A stretch of 64,000 bases of DNA from contig NC_043023.1 of the NCBI RefSeq assembly GCF_006345805.1, positions 19,344,001 to 19,408,000 of the forward strand. The letters run 5' to 3'. This stretch comes from Octopus sinensis. Taxonomy: Eukaryota. The stretch's first letter is position 1. Every line of letters begins with the position of its first letter. Both the position numbers and the translations under genes were made by a program. Below, piece by piece: positions 10,973-23,217 of this stretch. The notes beneath the pieces are model-generated. The model was not told where the DNA came from. It made no database searches and worked only from the letters and a program-made list of their open reading frames with translations.

Positions 10973-12244
10973 ACATGCTAGTCCAAGCAAAGAGAAAGTA
11001 TAAAATTATAAGGGAATTTGTTATAACAAATGGTAATTAAAAAAAGGGGGCTGTTATAAATTAAGTAGTTAAACCCAAATATAAGAATGGTTATCCTAAG
11101 AGGTGAGTTACATAAGTTAGAGAACAAGATAGCGAGATATGAACAGATGCTCTTAGATGAGGTGATATATTGATGTCAGTGTTTGTAGAAGAATAGGGGA
11201 GAGGCAAATACAGGGGACAAGATTCAGACATGAAAGGGATCATAATTAATGGAAAAACAAAACATGACACAATGTTGATTAAATAGAAATTATAATCAAT
11301 ATAATAATATACTTCGTGCATGTTAATATTCATAGAGAAGGGGATAAAAACCAGGGAATTCAACAGGGAGTAACGTTAGTAGATGCAAATTTGAAAAAGT
11401 CTGTTAGTGAACAAAACAAAAGAACCATGTAGATTATATATAAAATGACAGGGCACTGAAAAGTTCCTGGTTTTAAGGGTGTTGCGAAAGGCCTGGTTGG
11501 GGGCTCAACCTTCTGAGTTCTTTTACAGTATATATATATATATATATATATATTATTAAAATTTATGTATTGATTAAGTCTTTCCTTGTTTGTTTTGCAA
11601 AATAGTGGTTTTGTCTCGAATAATATTTTATAATATTTTACTATAAAATCGATTTAATCCTAAATCTGATTTTTTCCCTGTAAATTTGGATTTATTCCCT
11701 AATATTTATTATTATATATATATATATATATATACACGACAGGTTTCTTTCAGTTTCCGCCTACCAAATCCACTCACAAGGCATTGGTCGGCCCCAGGCT
11801 ATAGTAGAAGACACTTGCCCAAAGAGCCAATTAAGGAACAAAACACAAAACCCATGGTGGTTAAATATAAATAATTTATAAGGAAGATCATTGTAGTTTG
11901 CTTGAAGCATTGTAGGATAGAAGATGGAAAAGGAAATGAGGAAAGTTTCTAACAATGCTGAGGTGAAAACTGACAAACCTTTATATATTTTGGACGCAAG
12001 GGGCCATATTCAGAAGAGTACGGTCAAAGAATCTACATAGACATACATTTCTGTACTTTTCTGAATATGAGCCTTTACACCCGAAATATATAACGGTTTA
12101 TCAACTCTCATCACAGCATTGTTAGAAGCCTTCTTCATTTCCCTTTTCACTTATGATCAACCACCTCTTAGAGTACACCAGGCACATGCATCACAACCAT
12201 ATGTGCAGGACATGGTGACCTCGTATCAAGATAAACAGCATGAC

Positions 12245-12870
12245 CTTGCAGGTGGGGCCCAGTTAGAATTTTCTTCAGGTCAAGTAGCCAATCCCACTGA
12301 AAAAGGGTCTCTAAAGGGATGTTGAACGAAAGACCCATGTTTCCAGAGTTGAATTATTCAATGATGCTCCCAGACTACTTCTGTCTGTGATCAGAAATGC
12401 ACATATCGTCAGCCACTAAGGGACATGCTCAACTGGTTACGGTCAACCAACTGACAAGCAAATCTGTGGTATTGAGCAGAATATTTGCTGTAGCCCATCT
12501 TTTATACTAAGACAAAACAATGTACATGATAACACTTCCAATCAGTTAAGATCAGAAGCCATGAGAGCCACTGTCTGGTACTGCATCAGGGCATTCAAAC
12601 TCCAAAGAATCCCTCTCAACACAAGGCTATGATGCTCCCCCACTACTTCTGCTCGTGATCAGAGATGCACATATCGTCAGCCACTAATGGACATGCTTAA
12701 CTGGTTAAGGTCAAACAACTGACAAGCAAATCTGTGGTATTGAGCAGAATATTTGCTGTAGCCCATCTTTTATACCAAGACAAAACAATTTACATGATAA
12801 CACTTCCAATCAGTTAAGATCAGAAGCCACGAGAGTCACTGCCTGGTACTGCATCAGGGCATTTATTATT
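12245..12870 (+). mobile_element. Dispersed retroposon-like repeat (SINE family C) as a tandem dimer with an (ATT)n tail
   Basis: The unit gatgctccc...gcatcagggcat occurs twice here, with an inverted copy at about 55445-55835. Confidence 0.7.
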
Positions 12871-13539
12871 ATTATTATTATTATTATCATCATCATCATC
12901 ATCATCAACATTACTTTTTCTTTTATTCGTTCCAGTTATTAGACTGCAGCCATGCTAAGCCTTGTAGAGTTTTAGCCAAACAAATCGCTCCATGGATTTG
13001 TATGCTTTTGAAAAAATGTTGGAAGTTATTCATTTGCTTTTTATAACCAAACTGCAAAGTCAGAGAGAGAGGCTGCAGACAAGTAAACAAACCAATGTCA
13101 TGGAGTGAGGGTGGAGTGAAATGGGATTTTTGCAGAGGGTCAAAATAGGTAACACAAACAGGAGAGTGAAAATAAACAGAAAGGGTTGCTAAGCCTAAAC
13201 GGGGTTCTGGTGGCGAACACGTAAATCAAGCTAGGACAGGAGACATTTGAGAACACGTCTTCCTTGCTTCAGCTACAATGGAGAGAAAGAAACACAAGTT
13301 AGGAAAAGAAAGACGGCTGATGGTCACGTGAGAACCACATGAGCAAAGGAGGAGTGAAGGAGAGAGTGACAGAGTAATAGGGAAGAATAGTGGGAGAAGA
13401 GGAGGTAAAAGAATAAGAGAGAGAAAGAGAGAAAAACGAAAGAGTAAAAAGGTCGCATAGAGTGCGCATCAAAATTATTAAGATAAAACTTACTTGGAAG
13501 AGAATGCGTGGCGTTCAATCATATAACAATACACATATG

Positions 13540-13543
13540 CATG

Positions 13544-13598
<55 letters not shown>

Positions 13599-13661
13599 AA
13601 ATAAATAAAAGAATAAACGAATTTTCCATGCTGACGATAAACATAGGATAATTCATTCACC

Positions 13662-13709
<48 letters not shown>

Positions 13710-13860
13710 TATATACATACGTATATGTACATACCTACATCTATACATATATATATAAGCATAGATATGCCTATATACATACGTATATGTACGTACCTAC
13801 ATCTATAAGTAAATACATATGCATATATACATACGTATATGTACATACCTACATCTATAC

Positions 13861-13950
<90 letters not shown>
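13540..13950. repeat. (TA)n, (TACA)n and (GA)n microsatellite cluster
   Basis: Read directly from the sequence. Confidence 0.9.
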
Positions 13951-14232
13951 GTAGATAGTTGGAGAGGTAGGTAGGTAATTAAATAGATAGGTAAGTAATT
14001 AATTAAATAGGCAGGTGGGTAATTAAATAGATAGCTAGGTAATTACTGTATTTTAATGTGTATAAGGAACCCTTTTTTGTCAAAAAATGAAGTTAAAAAA
14101 ATATGGGAGTTTCTTATACATGGATAGTATTATAATCCCTTACAAAATCTAGGGGGTTACTTATACACGTTAAGACACAGTTGATAGGTAGGTAGACTGA
14201 TGAGAGAGACAGACAGACAGAAAGATATAGAT

Positions 14233-14496
14233 CAGTGGTTCTCAACCATTTTCTACTTGTGGACCCCTTTTGGTCCCTATTTTATTTAGACGGACCCTCA
14301 TAGTCATTCAATGCTTAAAAAATATTCCTTTATATTTTTATAATTAAATATTTTGCGGGGGAATTTGTACAAAAATAATGATTAAAATAGTTTGTGTTAT
14401 TGAAGAAGTATAACCAATTTGTTGTACATAAAAAGTTAACCCCAAAATCTTAAATGGACCCCCAAGGGCCACATGGACCTCGGTTGAGAAATGCTG
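14233..14496. mobile_element. hAT/Charlie-like MITE
   Basis: TIRs cagtggttctcaacc / ggttgagaaatgctg. 8-bp TSD atatagat / atatagac. Confidence 0.8.
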
Positions 14497-15350
14497 ATAT
14501 AGACAGACAGGCAGATAGACAGATGGACATATATAGGCACAAGCATGACTTATTAGTTATGAAGTTTCCTTCCAAGCCAAGTGGTTCTGAGTTCAATCCC
14601 ACTGCAAAGCAACTCGGGCAAGTGTCTTCTATCATTGGTCTTGGATGACCAAAGCTTTGAATTGGTTAGGGGGAAACTGAAAGAAGCCTCCTCATGTGTT
14701 GTGTGTTTGTGTCTGCTTGCTTTGATAGCACATGATAGTCGTAAACAAGCGTCAGTGTCATACAAGCAGTGTCGTTTGTCTCCCTCCCTCCCCTCTGCCA
14801 ATCTTCTGTCGAAGCATGACCCGCAATGGAGAAAGACTACCTTGTTTGGAAACGAGTAAAGGTTGGGGACAGGAAGGGCATCCAGAAGCCGAAAACCTGC
14901 CTTGGTAAAATCCACCTGACTCATGCAACGGTGGGAAAGTGGATGTTCAAAAGACATCTTTTCTTTATTTTTTGTTTCAGTCATTGGACAGCGGCCATGC
15001 TGGGGCACCGCCTTGAAGAACTTTTAGTTGAATGAACCAACCCCAATACTTATTATTTAAGCCTGACAGTTATTGAATTGGTCTCTCTTGTTGACCTGAT
15101 AAGGGGACATAAACAAACCAACAGTGGTTGTCAAGCAGTGGTGAGGGACAAACACAGGCACAAAGACACACACACACTCATGTGTGTGTGTGTGTGTGTG
15201 TGATGGGATTCTGTCAGTTTCAGTTAACCAGAAGCTATAGTAGAAGAAACTTGCCCAAGGTGCCACACAGTGAGACTGAACCTGGAACCATGTGGTTAAG
15301 AAGTGAGCTTCATACACAACACCCCCGCCACCGATCCTGATGATATATTG

Positions 15351-15520
15351 CAGTGGTTCCCAACCTTTTCCCTACCAAGGACCCCGTTTATTTAAATGAG
15401 TTTTGTCACCAACCCCAGGATAGGATATTAAAAGGTCTGTCAGCTTAACATGTTCATCAACCCCCAGTACTACCTTCACAGACCACCAAGGGTCTGCGGA
15501 CCACAGGTTGGGATCCCCTG
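15351..15520. mobile_element. hAT/Charlie-like MITE
   Basis: TIRs cagtggttcccaacc / ggttgggatcccctg. Perfect 8-bp TSD atatattg. Confidence 0.85.
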
Positions 15521-15919
15521 ATATATTGGGTATAAGGGTGAACGGGGACAACTGGAGCATGATCAACATTATAGAATAGGGGAGAAATGAGTGAAGGCAC
15601 ATGGCTCAGTGGTTAGGGTATTCGGCTTATGATCATAAGGTCATCAGTTCAAGCCTCAGCAGCACTTTGCGTCCCCAAGCAAAACACTTTATTTTATGTT
15701 GCTCCAGCTGACACTCACCTGGTAAAAGTGAGTTGTACCTGTAAATCAGAAGGGTCAGCCGTGTCACATTCTGTGTCCTGCGGAATTTCCCTTAGAACCA
15801 CATTAAGGATACACGGGTCTGTGGAGTGCTCAGCCAATTGCACGTTAATTTTATGAGCAGGCTGTTCTGTTAATCGCATTAACTGGGACCCTCATTGTCG
15901 TAAACAATGGAGTACCACT

Positions 15920-16560
15920 TATAATAATAATAATAATAATGATGAAATTATTGTATACAGTGCTCAGGTGCACCACAACTTGTCAGACAGTGCGTATAAA
16001 GCATATGCAGTAATGTAGAAATGTCTGGGAAGCGAACAGTGTATGAGTCTGATACATGCTTGCTTGTGTGTATGGAGGGGAGGAAATCAGGTGTAGTGTT
16101 GGCGAATCTCAGGAAGCATGGAAGTTTTGAAGGATGCAGTGCTCCGACAACTAACAACTGATGCCGGCAGTTTGTTCCATGCTTCAGCAACTCTCAGCGT
16201 GAAAAAATGTTTCCTAAAGTCATGGGAGCTGTGCTGTTTTCTGACTTTGTAAACATGTCCACGGGTGTTAGACAGGTGGAGTTTTTAAACAATAATAATA
16301 ATAAAATTGTTGTATACAGTGCTCAGGTGCACCACAACTTGTCAGAAAGTGCGTATAGAGTATATGCAGTCATGTACAAATGTCTGGAAAGTGAACAGTG
16401 TATGAGTCAGATAGATGCTTGCTTGTGTGTATGGAGAGGAGAAAGATCAGGTGTGGTGTTGGCAAATCTCAGGAAGCATGGAAGTTTTGAAGGATGCAGT
16501 ACTCCGACAACTAACAAGTGATGCCGGCAGTTTGTTCCATGCTTCAGCAACTCTGAGCGT
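15920..16560 (-). mobile_element. Two head-to-tail 5'-truncated CR1-type LINE 3' ends
   Basis: The minus strand encodes KLHLSNTRGHVYKVRKQHSSHDFRKHFFTLRVAEAWNKLPASVVSCRSTASFK, the CR1/L2 C-terminal RGH...FF..RV...WN.LP...FK motif. Each copy has a (tta)n-like tail. Confidence 0.85.
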
Positions 16561-17931
16561 TCTCTCTTGTTCTTCCAGTCCACTCGGCTGGCAAATACGA
16601 GTTGTGGCTGTAATTCAAAGGGCCAGCCTTGTCACAATCTGTGTCACGAAGGATCTCCCGGAGAACTATGTCAAAGACATGCACAGCCAGTTGCAGGTTA
16701 ATTTCATGAGCAGATCAACTGGGACCCTCACCATCATAACCAACAGAGGGTAGCAGGAGAGCTTAGCCAGTAAAAGGGATCAGCAAAGTAAGGCTTAGAA
16801 TAGGGCTGCAGGACAGATGAAAAATGAGTATAGCAGTTAGGGAGCAAACAGGAAGTAGATCAGAGGATGATCAGGGGTCAGTTTTGGTTAGATTTAGCAA
16901 CCAGGAGAATGGTCAGGAGTCAGTAGAGCAGTTAGAGCGTGGCTGTAGGCCCAAGGTTCATTGGTGAGTGTAGTGGTGGTTAGAGCATGACCCCAAAGGG
17001 GTCGGAGGACGGTGAATAAAAAAAAAAAAAGGTTAAAACATGACCAGTAAAATATTTACCTTTCCAATGTTGGCTGCCATTAAAGGAAGCTAGAAGGAAC
17101 AGAATGAAAATACATATATATTTATATACATACAGGTGTGTAGATACATGGAAGTGCATGTGTGTATGTGTGGGGGGAACAGTGAAGGTGGGGGAGGGGA
17201 GTGAGAGGGGGTTTGTTTTTGACATGAGTACAAGGGAGAGTGGAGGGCAGTTAGGGGACAAAGGACGGAGCTAAGAATGTGTTCGGGGTCAAAGTTAAAG
17301 TCTAGAAGAGAATCTTACATTAAGGGACAGAGGGAACTGTATGGGTCAGGGGAAGAGAGAGTGAGAGAGAGGAAGCGGGGAGGGTCAACTGATTTTTCAA
17401 AAGGACCTGTCACCATCATTGTCATCACCTACTGAACCTTTTGTGGCCCTCATCTTAGTCCTTACTCAATAGAAACATGAATTTTTATTTTGTTTTTTTT
17501 TTGTTTTTTTAAGCAAGCAGAAAAACCCGGCGTTGCCCAGAACAGGTGGGGTTTCTTTTATCAACCCTGAAAGGATGAACAGTGAAGTCGGCCCCAGTGG
17601 TACTTGATCTCAGTACACACTTGAACAGAAACTGTGAAACCCTCTATTCAACAGAGTTAATAACTGCTGCCAACTGGCCCACAATTCGGCAGCAAAATCT
17701 TAAGACAGGGCCCGGCGCACAATAATGCAATTGAGAGGAAGGCCTTGAAGCATCGCACATTCCTTCCAAATGACTCCCAAAGCTTGCTAGCATCTGGTAA
17801 CCAGGGCTTCCAACTGGTAGCACTTGCATCAGCAAGTAGTTTGCAAAGAATCTAAAAATGTTCCAGCCCAAGGTGGTGGCTATGCTGGAGCACTTTTATT
17901 TACAAACAGTGGAACCTCAGTCTACAAACAC

Positions 17932-18149
17932 CTCAATCGAAGGAGAGGGGCTTTCTCCGTCCGGGTTGCGGATCCGTGGAATAAGCTGCCGGACAAGATA
18001 GTGAAGATGCCGACGACCCCTCGGTTCAAAGTCTCCCTTGACCACAAGTGGCCTGAACTCTTTACATGAACACTACCCTGTACATAACTCCATGTCCCCC
18101 TACATGGCCTTGCTTTTTGAGCCAAAAAATTAACTAACTAACTAACTAA
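17932..18149 (+). mobile_element. 5'-truncated CR1-type LINE 3' end (second family) with a (TAAC)n tail
   Basis: Encodes LNRRRGAFSVRVADPWNKLPDKIVKMPTTPRFKVSLDHKWPELFT*. Near-identical to 40080-40385. Confidence 0.85.
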
Positions 18150-18526
18150 AACACATCAGGAGACGAAGTGTCTCGAGTAACGAACACACAGTTGATGAGC
18201 ATCAGTGGATATCCAGCTTTCCCTCAGTGCACATCCCTGCTTGAATTCACCATACCTTTTCTAGAACTTCCTATGGGGAAGAAATAGTTTCGGTTTACAA
18301 ACATTTCAGGTGATAAACAGTGTTCGGGAAGGAATTAAATTCCTAAACACGGGTTTCACAGTAATTATTTTTTATTTGCAAATCTGCAAAACTGAAATTT
18401 CATAAAACTCAATTCATTCCGTTATTTACCTCAACCATCTCTGTTGAGATGGTTGAAGGTAAAATTCAAAACCAACCCTAAACCCAAACGCTAAAAATAG
18501 CACCAACTCAAAAAACCTCATCCTAT

Positions 18527-18752
18527 TTTTTTACTCTTTACTCTTTTACTTGTTTCAGTCATTTGACTGCGGCCATGCTGGAGCACCGCCTTTAATCGAG
18601 CAACTCGACCCCGGGACTTATTCTGTTGTAAGCCCAGTACTTATTCTATCGGTCTCTTTTGCCGAACCGCTAAGTAACAGGGACATAAGCACACCAGCAT
18701 CGGTTGTCAAGCAATGCTAGGGGGACAAACACAGACACACACACACACATAT

Positions 18753-18801
<49 letters not shown>

Positions 18802-18962
18802 CGGGCTTCTTTCAGTTTCCGTCTACCAAATCCACTCACAAGGCTTTAGTCGGCCTGAGGCTATATAGTAAAAGACACTTGCCCAAGGTGCCACGCAGTG
18901 GGACTGAACCCGGAACCATGTGGTTGGTAAACAAGCTACTTACCACACAGCCACTCCTGCGC
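18527..18962 (-). mobile_element. tRNA-derived SINE family A, full length, with a central microsatellite
   Basis: Head with A-box-like tggctgtgtggtaag and B-box-like ggttcagtccc, central (TA)n(TG)n, tail (gtaaaaga)n. Many copies in the window. Confidence 0.88.
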
Positions 18963-18989
18963 ATTCTTACTTTTTTATTGTTTTAGACA

Positions 18990-19400
18990 CTTCCCAACCA
19001 TATGGTACTGGGTTCAGTCCTACCAGTTCCACAGTGCAGAACGTTGAGCAAGTCCCTTCTGTTACTAAAGCCCGAGGCCGACCAATGCCTTGAGAGTGGA
19101 TTTGGTAGACAGAAACTGAAAGAAGCCCGTCGTATATATGTATATATATATATATATGTATGTATGTATGTATGTGTGTGTATATGTTTGTATGTCTGTG
19201 TTTGTCCCCCCAACATCGCTTGACAACCGATGCTGGTGCGTTTAAGTCTCCGTAACTTAGCGGTTCGGCAAAAGAGACCGATAGAACGAGTACTGGGCTT
19301 ACAAAAGAATAAGTCCCGGGGTCGAGTTGCTCGACTAAAGGCGGTGCTCCAGCATGGCCGCAGTCAAATGAATGAAACAAGTGAAAGAGTAAAAAAAGAG
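18990..19400 (+). mobile_element. SINE family A, head-to-head with the 18527-18962 copy
   Basis: Same body in the opposite orientation, about 30 bp away. Confidence 0.85.
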
Positions 19401-19884
19401 TATACAGGCTTGTCCTTTCAGAAACTGGTGCCACTTAAAAAAGCGCCGGTGCCAATGATGCATTAATGCACCCATGCTGGTACTGCATTAATGCACTCGT
19501 ATCAGTGCTGCTTAGATGCAGCCATGCTGGTGGCATGTAAAAAGCACCCAGCACACTGTTAAGCAGGTGGCATTAGAAAAGGGCATCAAGCCGTAGAAGC
19601 CACACCACAACAGACAGTTGGGGTCCTCACAGCTCCCTGCTAGCCGGCTCAATGTCGAAACATCCAACCCATGCCAGCATGGAAAGCAGACGTTAAACGA
19701 TGATGATGATGATGACGACGATTTCCAGTCCTCCATGAGAAACAGGTTAGGGCCCTAGGGGAAATATAACCTTATTTGGAAAGAGGTGAGGGCTGGAGAC
19801 AGGAAGGGCAACCGGACATAGAAAAAAATCTGCCTCAATAAACTATAAACAACCCATACAAACATGGCAAAGTGGATATCAAAT

Positions 19885-20680
19885 GACGATGAACAAATAC
19901 ATATATACAGACAGGTACATGTGTGTATACAAATATATATACATATACACATACATATATACACAAATACACATACATATATACATATACATGCATATAT
20001 ACACATATATATATATATACATGCACATATGCATATATATACATACATATACACACACACGCATATATATATATATATATACATACAGACACATATGCGC
20101 ATATATTTATAAATATATTTACACACATGCATATATATATACATACATACACATATGCGCATATATTTATAAATATATATATATACACACACACACATGC
20201 ATATATATGCATACATACACATATGCGCATATATTTATATACATACATACATACACATATATTTATAAATATATACATATATATACACATGCATATAGAT
20301 ATATACATACATACACATGCATATATATATACATACATGCATATATATATACATACATGCATATATATACATACACACACACACACATGCATATATATAT
20401 ACATACATGCATATATATACATACATACACATATATACATACATACACATATATACATACATACACACATGCATATATATATACATACATGCATATATAT
20501 ATACATACATGCATATATATATACATACATGCATATATATATACATACATGCATATATATATACATACATGCATATATATATACATATATATTTTCATAA
20601 ATACAAATATACACACATATATATGCGTACATGTATACATATGAATATAGTTATACATACACATATATGCACAAACACAC
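19885..20680. repeat. Compound (TA/CA/TACA) microsatellite including a perfect 20-bp unit gcatatatatatacatacat repeated about 6 times at 20471-20590
   Basis: Read directly from the sequence. Confidence 0.92.
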
Positions 20681-20870
20681 AGAGGAGCAAGAGGGTAAGC
20701 ATTTCACAACACCTTACAACTGGCCTTCAAAATAAACGACAAAAAAAAGAAACCCAAACAGTGTGACCACAACCCTTACAACACGCCAAGTGCACGAATG
20801 AGGCCATGAAACGGAACCTCATATGAGACAGAAATAATTGCAACGGAAAGAAAAAGAAAGAGAAATTTAC

Positions 20871-20942
20871 CGGGTGCTGGCAGTCGAACCCCGGGTGGTG
20901 GTACAGACTGGGGGGGCGGAGGTCCAGAAGAAGGGTAAGATG
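20871..20942 (-). CDS. CPSF6: CPSF6/7 proline-rich exon (72 nt, phase 1-1): ASYPSSGPPPPQSVPPPGVRLPAP
   Basis: Acceptor ttctgtttcaattttag, donor GTAAAT. Open in the required phase. Confidence 0.82.
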
Positions 20943-21327
20943 CTAAAATTGAAACAGAAAATCATAGAAATAGGGGGCAAGAGATATGGGTTCGCGTTAA
21001 GCCGAATAATTTAATCATGCTAAAATGACTCGGTATGGCATTTTAATTGAAAAGTGAGTAATTAGCGAGTTGTAATTGGAAGGTAATGTAGCGCTAACGA
21101 TTTAATTAGATATAGATTTGTGTTCCTGAGTCTTCACCTCTTCAGCAAGTCACATGTTCCTCTCCCTATTTCATAGATTCTTTTTGTTCCTGCAATCTAT
21201 AACCCAACTCAGTTTCAGGGGCCCCGTGGTTCTTGGCAACCTCATGAGTGCTGGAGCCACATAAAGTGCCCCGTGCACTAGAGTGTGTATGAAGGTGCAT
21301 GGTTCAGTGGTTACAGTATCGGTCTTA

Positions 21328-21560
21328 AGGCAGCGAGCTGGCAGAAACGTTAGCACGTCGGGCGAAATGCTTAGCAGTATTTCGTCTGCCGTTACGTTGT
21401 AAGTTCAAATTCCGCCGAGGTCGACTTTGCCTTTCATCCTTTCGGGGGTCGATAAATTAAGTACCAGTTACGCACTGGGGTCAATGTAATTGACTTAATA
21501 CCTATGTCTGTCCTTGTTTGTCCCCACTGTGTTTAGCCCCTTGTGGGTAATAAAGAAATG
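21328..21560 (+). mobile_element. SINE family B with a 19-bp TSD, inserted into the tRNA-like head of another SINE
   Basis: ggttacagtatcggtctta at 21309-21327 and 21561-21579. Confidence 0.88.
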
Positions 21561-22989
21561 GGTTACAGTATCGGTCTTACAATCATGAGATAGTGAGTTC
21601 AATTCCTGGACCAGGTCGTGTGTTGTTGAACAAGACACTTTATTTGAAATCGCTCCAGTTCTACTCCTGAGTTGTGACGTCACTGGTCCCTTGGACAACA
21701 TCGGTGGCACAGAGAGGGGAGGCTGGTATGCATGGGCAACTGCTGGTCTTCCACAAACAACCTTGCCCAGACTTGTGCCCTGGAAGGGAACTTCCTATGT
21801 ACAATTCCTATGTACAATGGTCGTTCATGACCAAAAGGGGCCTTTAGTCTTTACCCTTTACACTACATTAAGTGGCAAGTGTTAAGAGTGGCTTCCAGCT
21901 GTAGAAACCAAGCCAAAACTGACGCAGAACCTGGTGGGGCCTCCGGCTTGTCTGTTCTTGTCAAATCAGCCAACCCCTACCAGCATCGAAAAAAAGTTAA
22001 ACGATGATGGTTAGGGATTAGTCAAAGGTTAGCTTTGATGCTCAGATTGCAACCATGAGATCAGAAGCCAGTCGAGCAATTACAGTATGGCCAAAGGCCA
22101 AAGGTATGTGGTGGTGGTGGTGGTCAGCGCCCTTGTTGTTGTTGACCCTCGGCAGTTTTTCCAGTAAGGGCGTTTCTTACTCTACACAGCTTTGAAGGTG
22201 TGAGGTGATTGCATAGTTTGATGAGAGCCTACAACTTCACAAAAGAAAGTGAGATAACCTCCCCCACACACACACAGAGGCACTGATGTGGGCCATGCGG
22301 TTGAGAAATTCACTAACCAACCTCATGGTTTTGGGTTCAGTCCCATTGCATGGCACCTTAAGTGTCTTCTACTGTAGCCTCAGGCTGACTAAAACCTCAT
22401 GAGTGGATTTGGTGTATGTGTATGTGTGTGTGTATACACACACGTCCACAAATACATACACATAGATATACATACATACACACACATACATACAGATGTA
22501 CATGTATGCACATACATACACATTCATATGCATATACACACACATGTATATATACGCATAGACATATATATATGTGTATATACACATACATATATACAAT
22601 AGACATATATATCTATATAGATACACATATATATACATATACAATGGCCCAGTGGTTAGGGTAGTGGACTCGCGGTTGTAGGATCATCGCAGTTTCGATT
22701 CCCAGACTGGGCGTTGTGAGTGTTTATTGAGCGAAAACACCTAAAGCTCCACATTGTTCCAGCAAGGGGTGGTGGCGATCCCTACTGTACTCTTTCGCCA
22801 CAATTTTCTTTCACTCTTTCTTCTGTTGGCCTGCTTGCTTAGCCAGTGGGGTGGCGTCATTTGAAGGCTAAAACAATGCGAAGCACATTGTGACCAGTGA
22901 TGTGTAACAACATCTGATAGCCTGGTTGGTCACGATGACGGTGACATATATATACATATATATACACACACAGACGTCTGAAGTCAGGA

Positions 22990-23181
22990 TGCTATGATAG
23001 ATCATTAGCCACTACACACATTTTTTTTCTCTCCTTGTTTTTTCTTGTGTATCTTTTCTGTCGAAGAGCGTAGGCTCGAAACGTAAAAGACTTTTTCTAT
23101 TCCTGAGCGCCATACTAATACATTTGTTTGTTTGTACACCTCCTGCCTTCGTCTTTTGTTTATTTTCGTAAACTTTCCCTT

Positions 23182-23185
<4 letters not shown>
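22990..23185 (+). mobile_element. Penelope-like element terminal fragment carrying a hammerhead-like motif
   Basis: ctgtcga-a-gagc-gtag-gctc-gaaacgta. Shares downstream ttcctgagcg...tttgtt with 53465-53650. Next to (TA)n. Confidence 0.5.
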
Positions 23186-23217
<32 letters not shown>

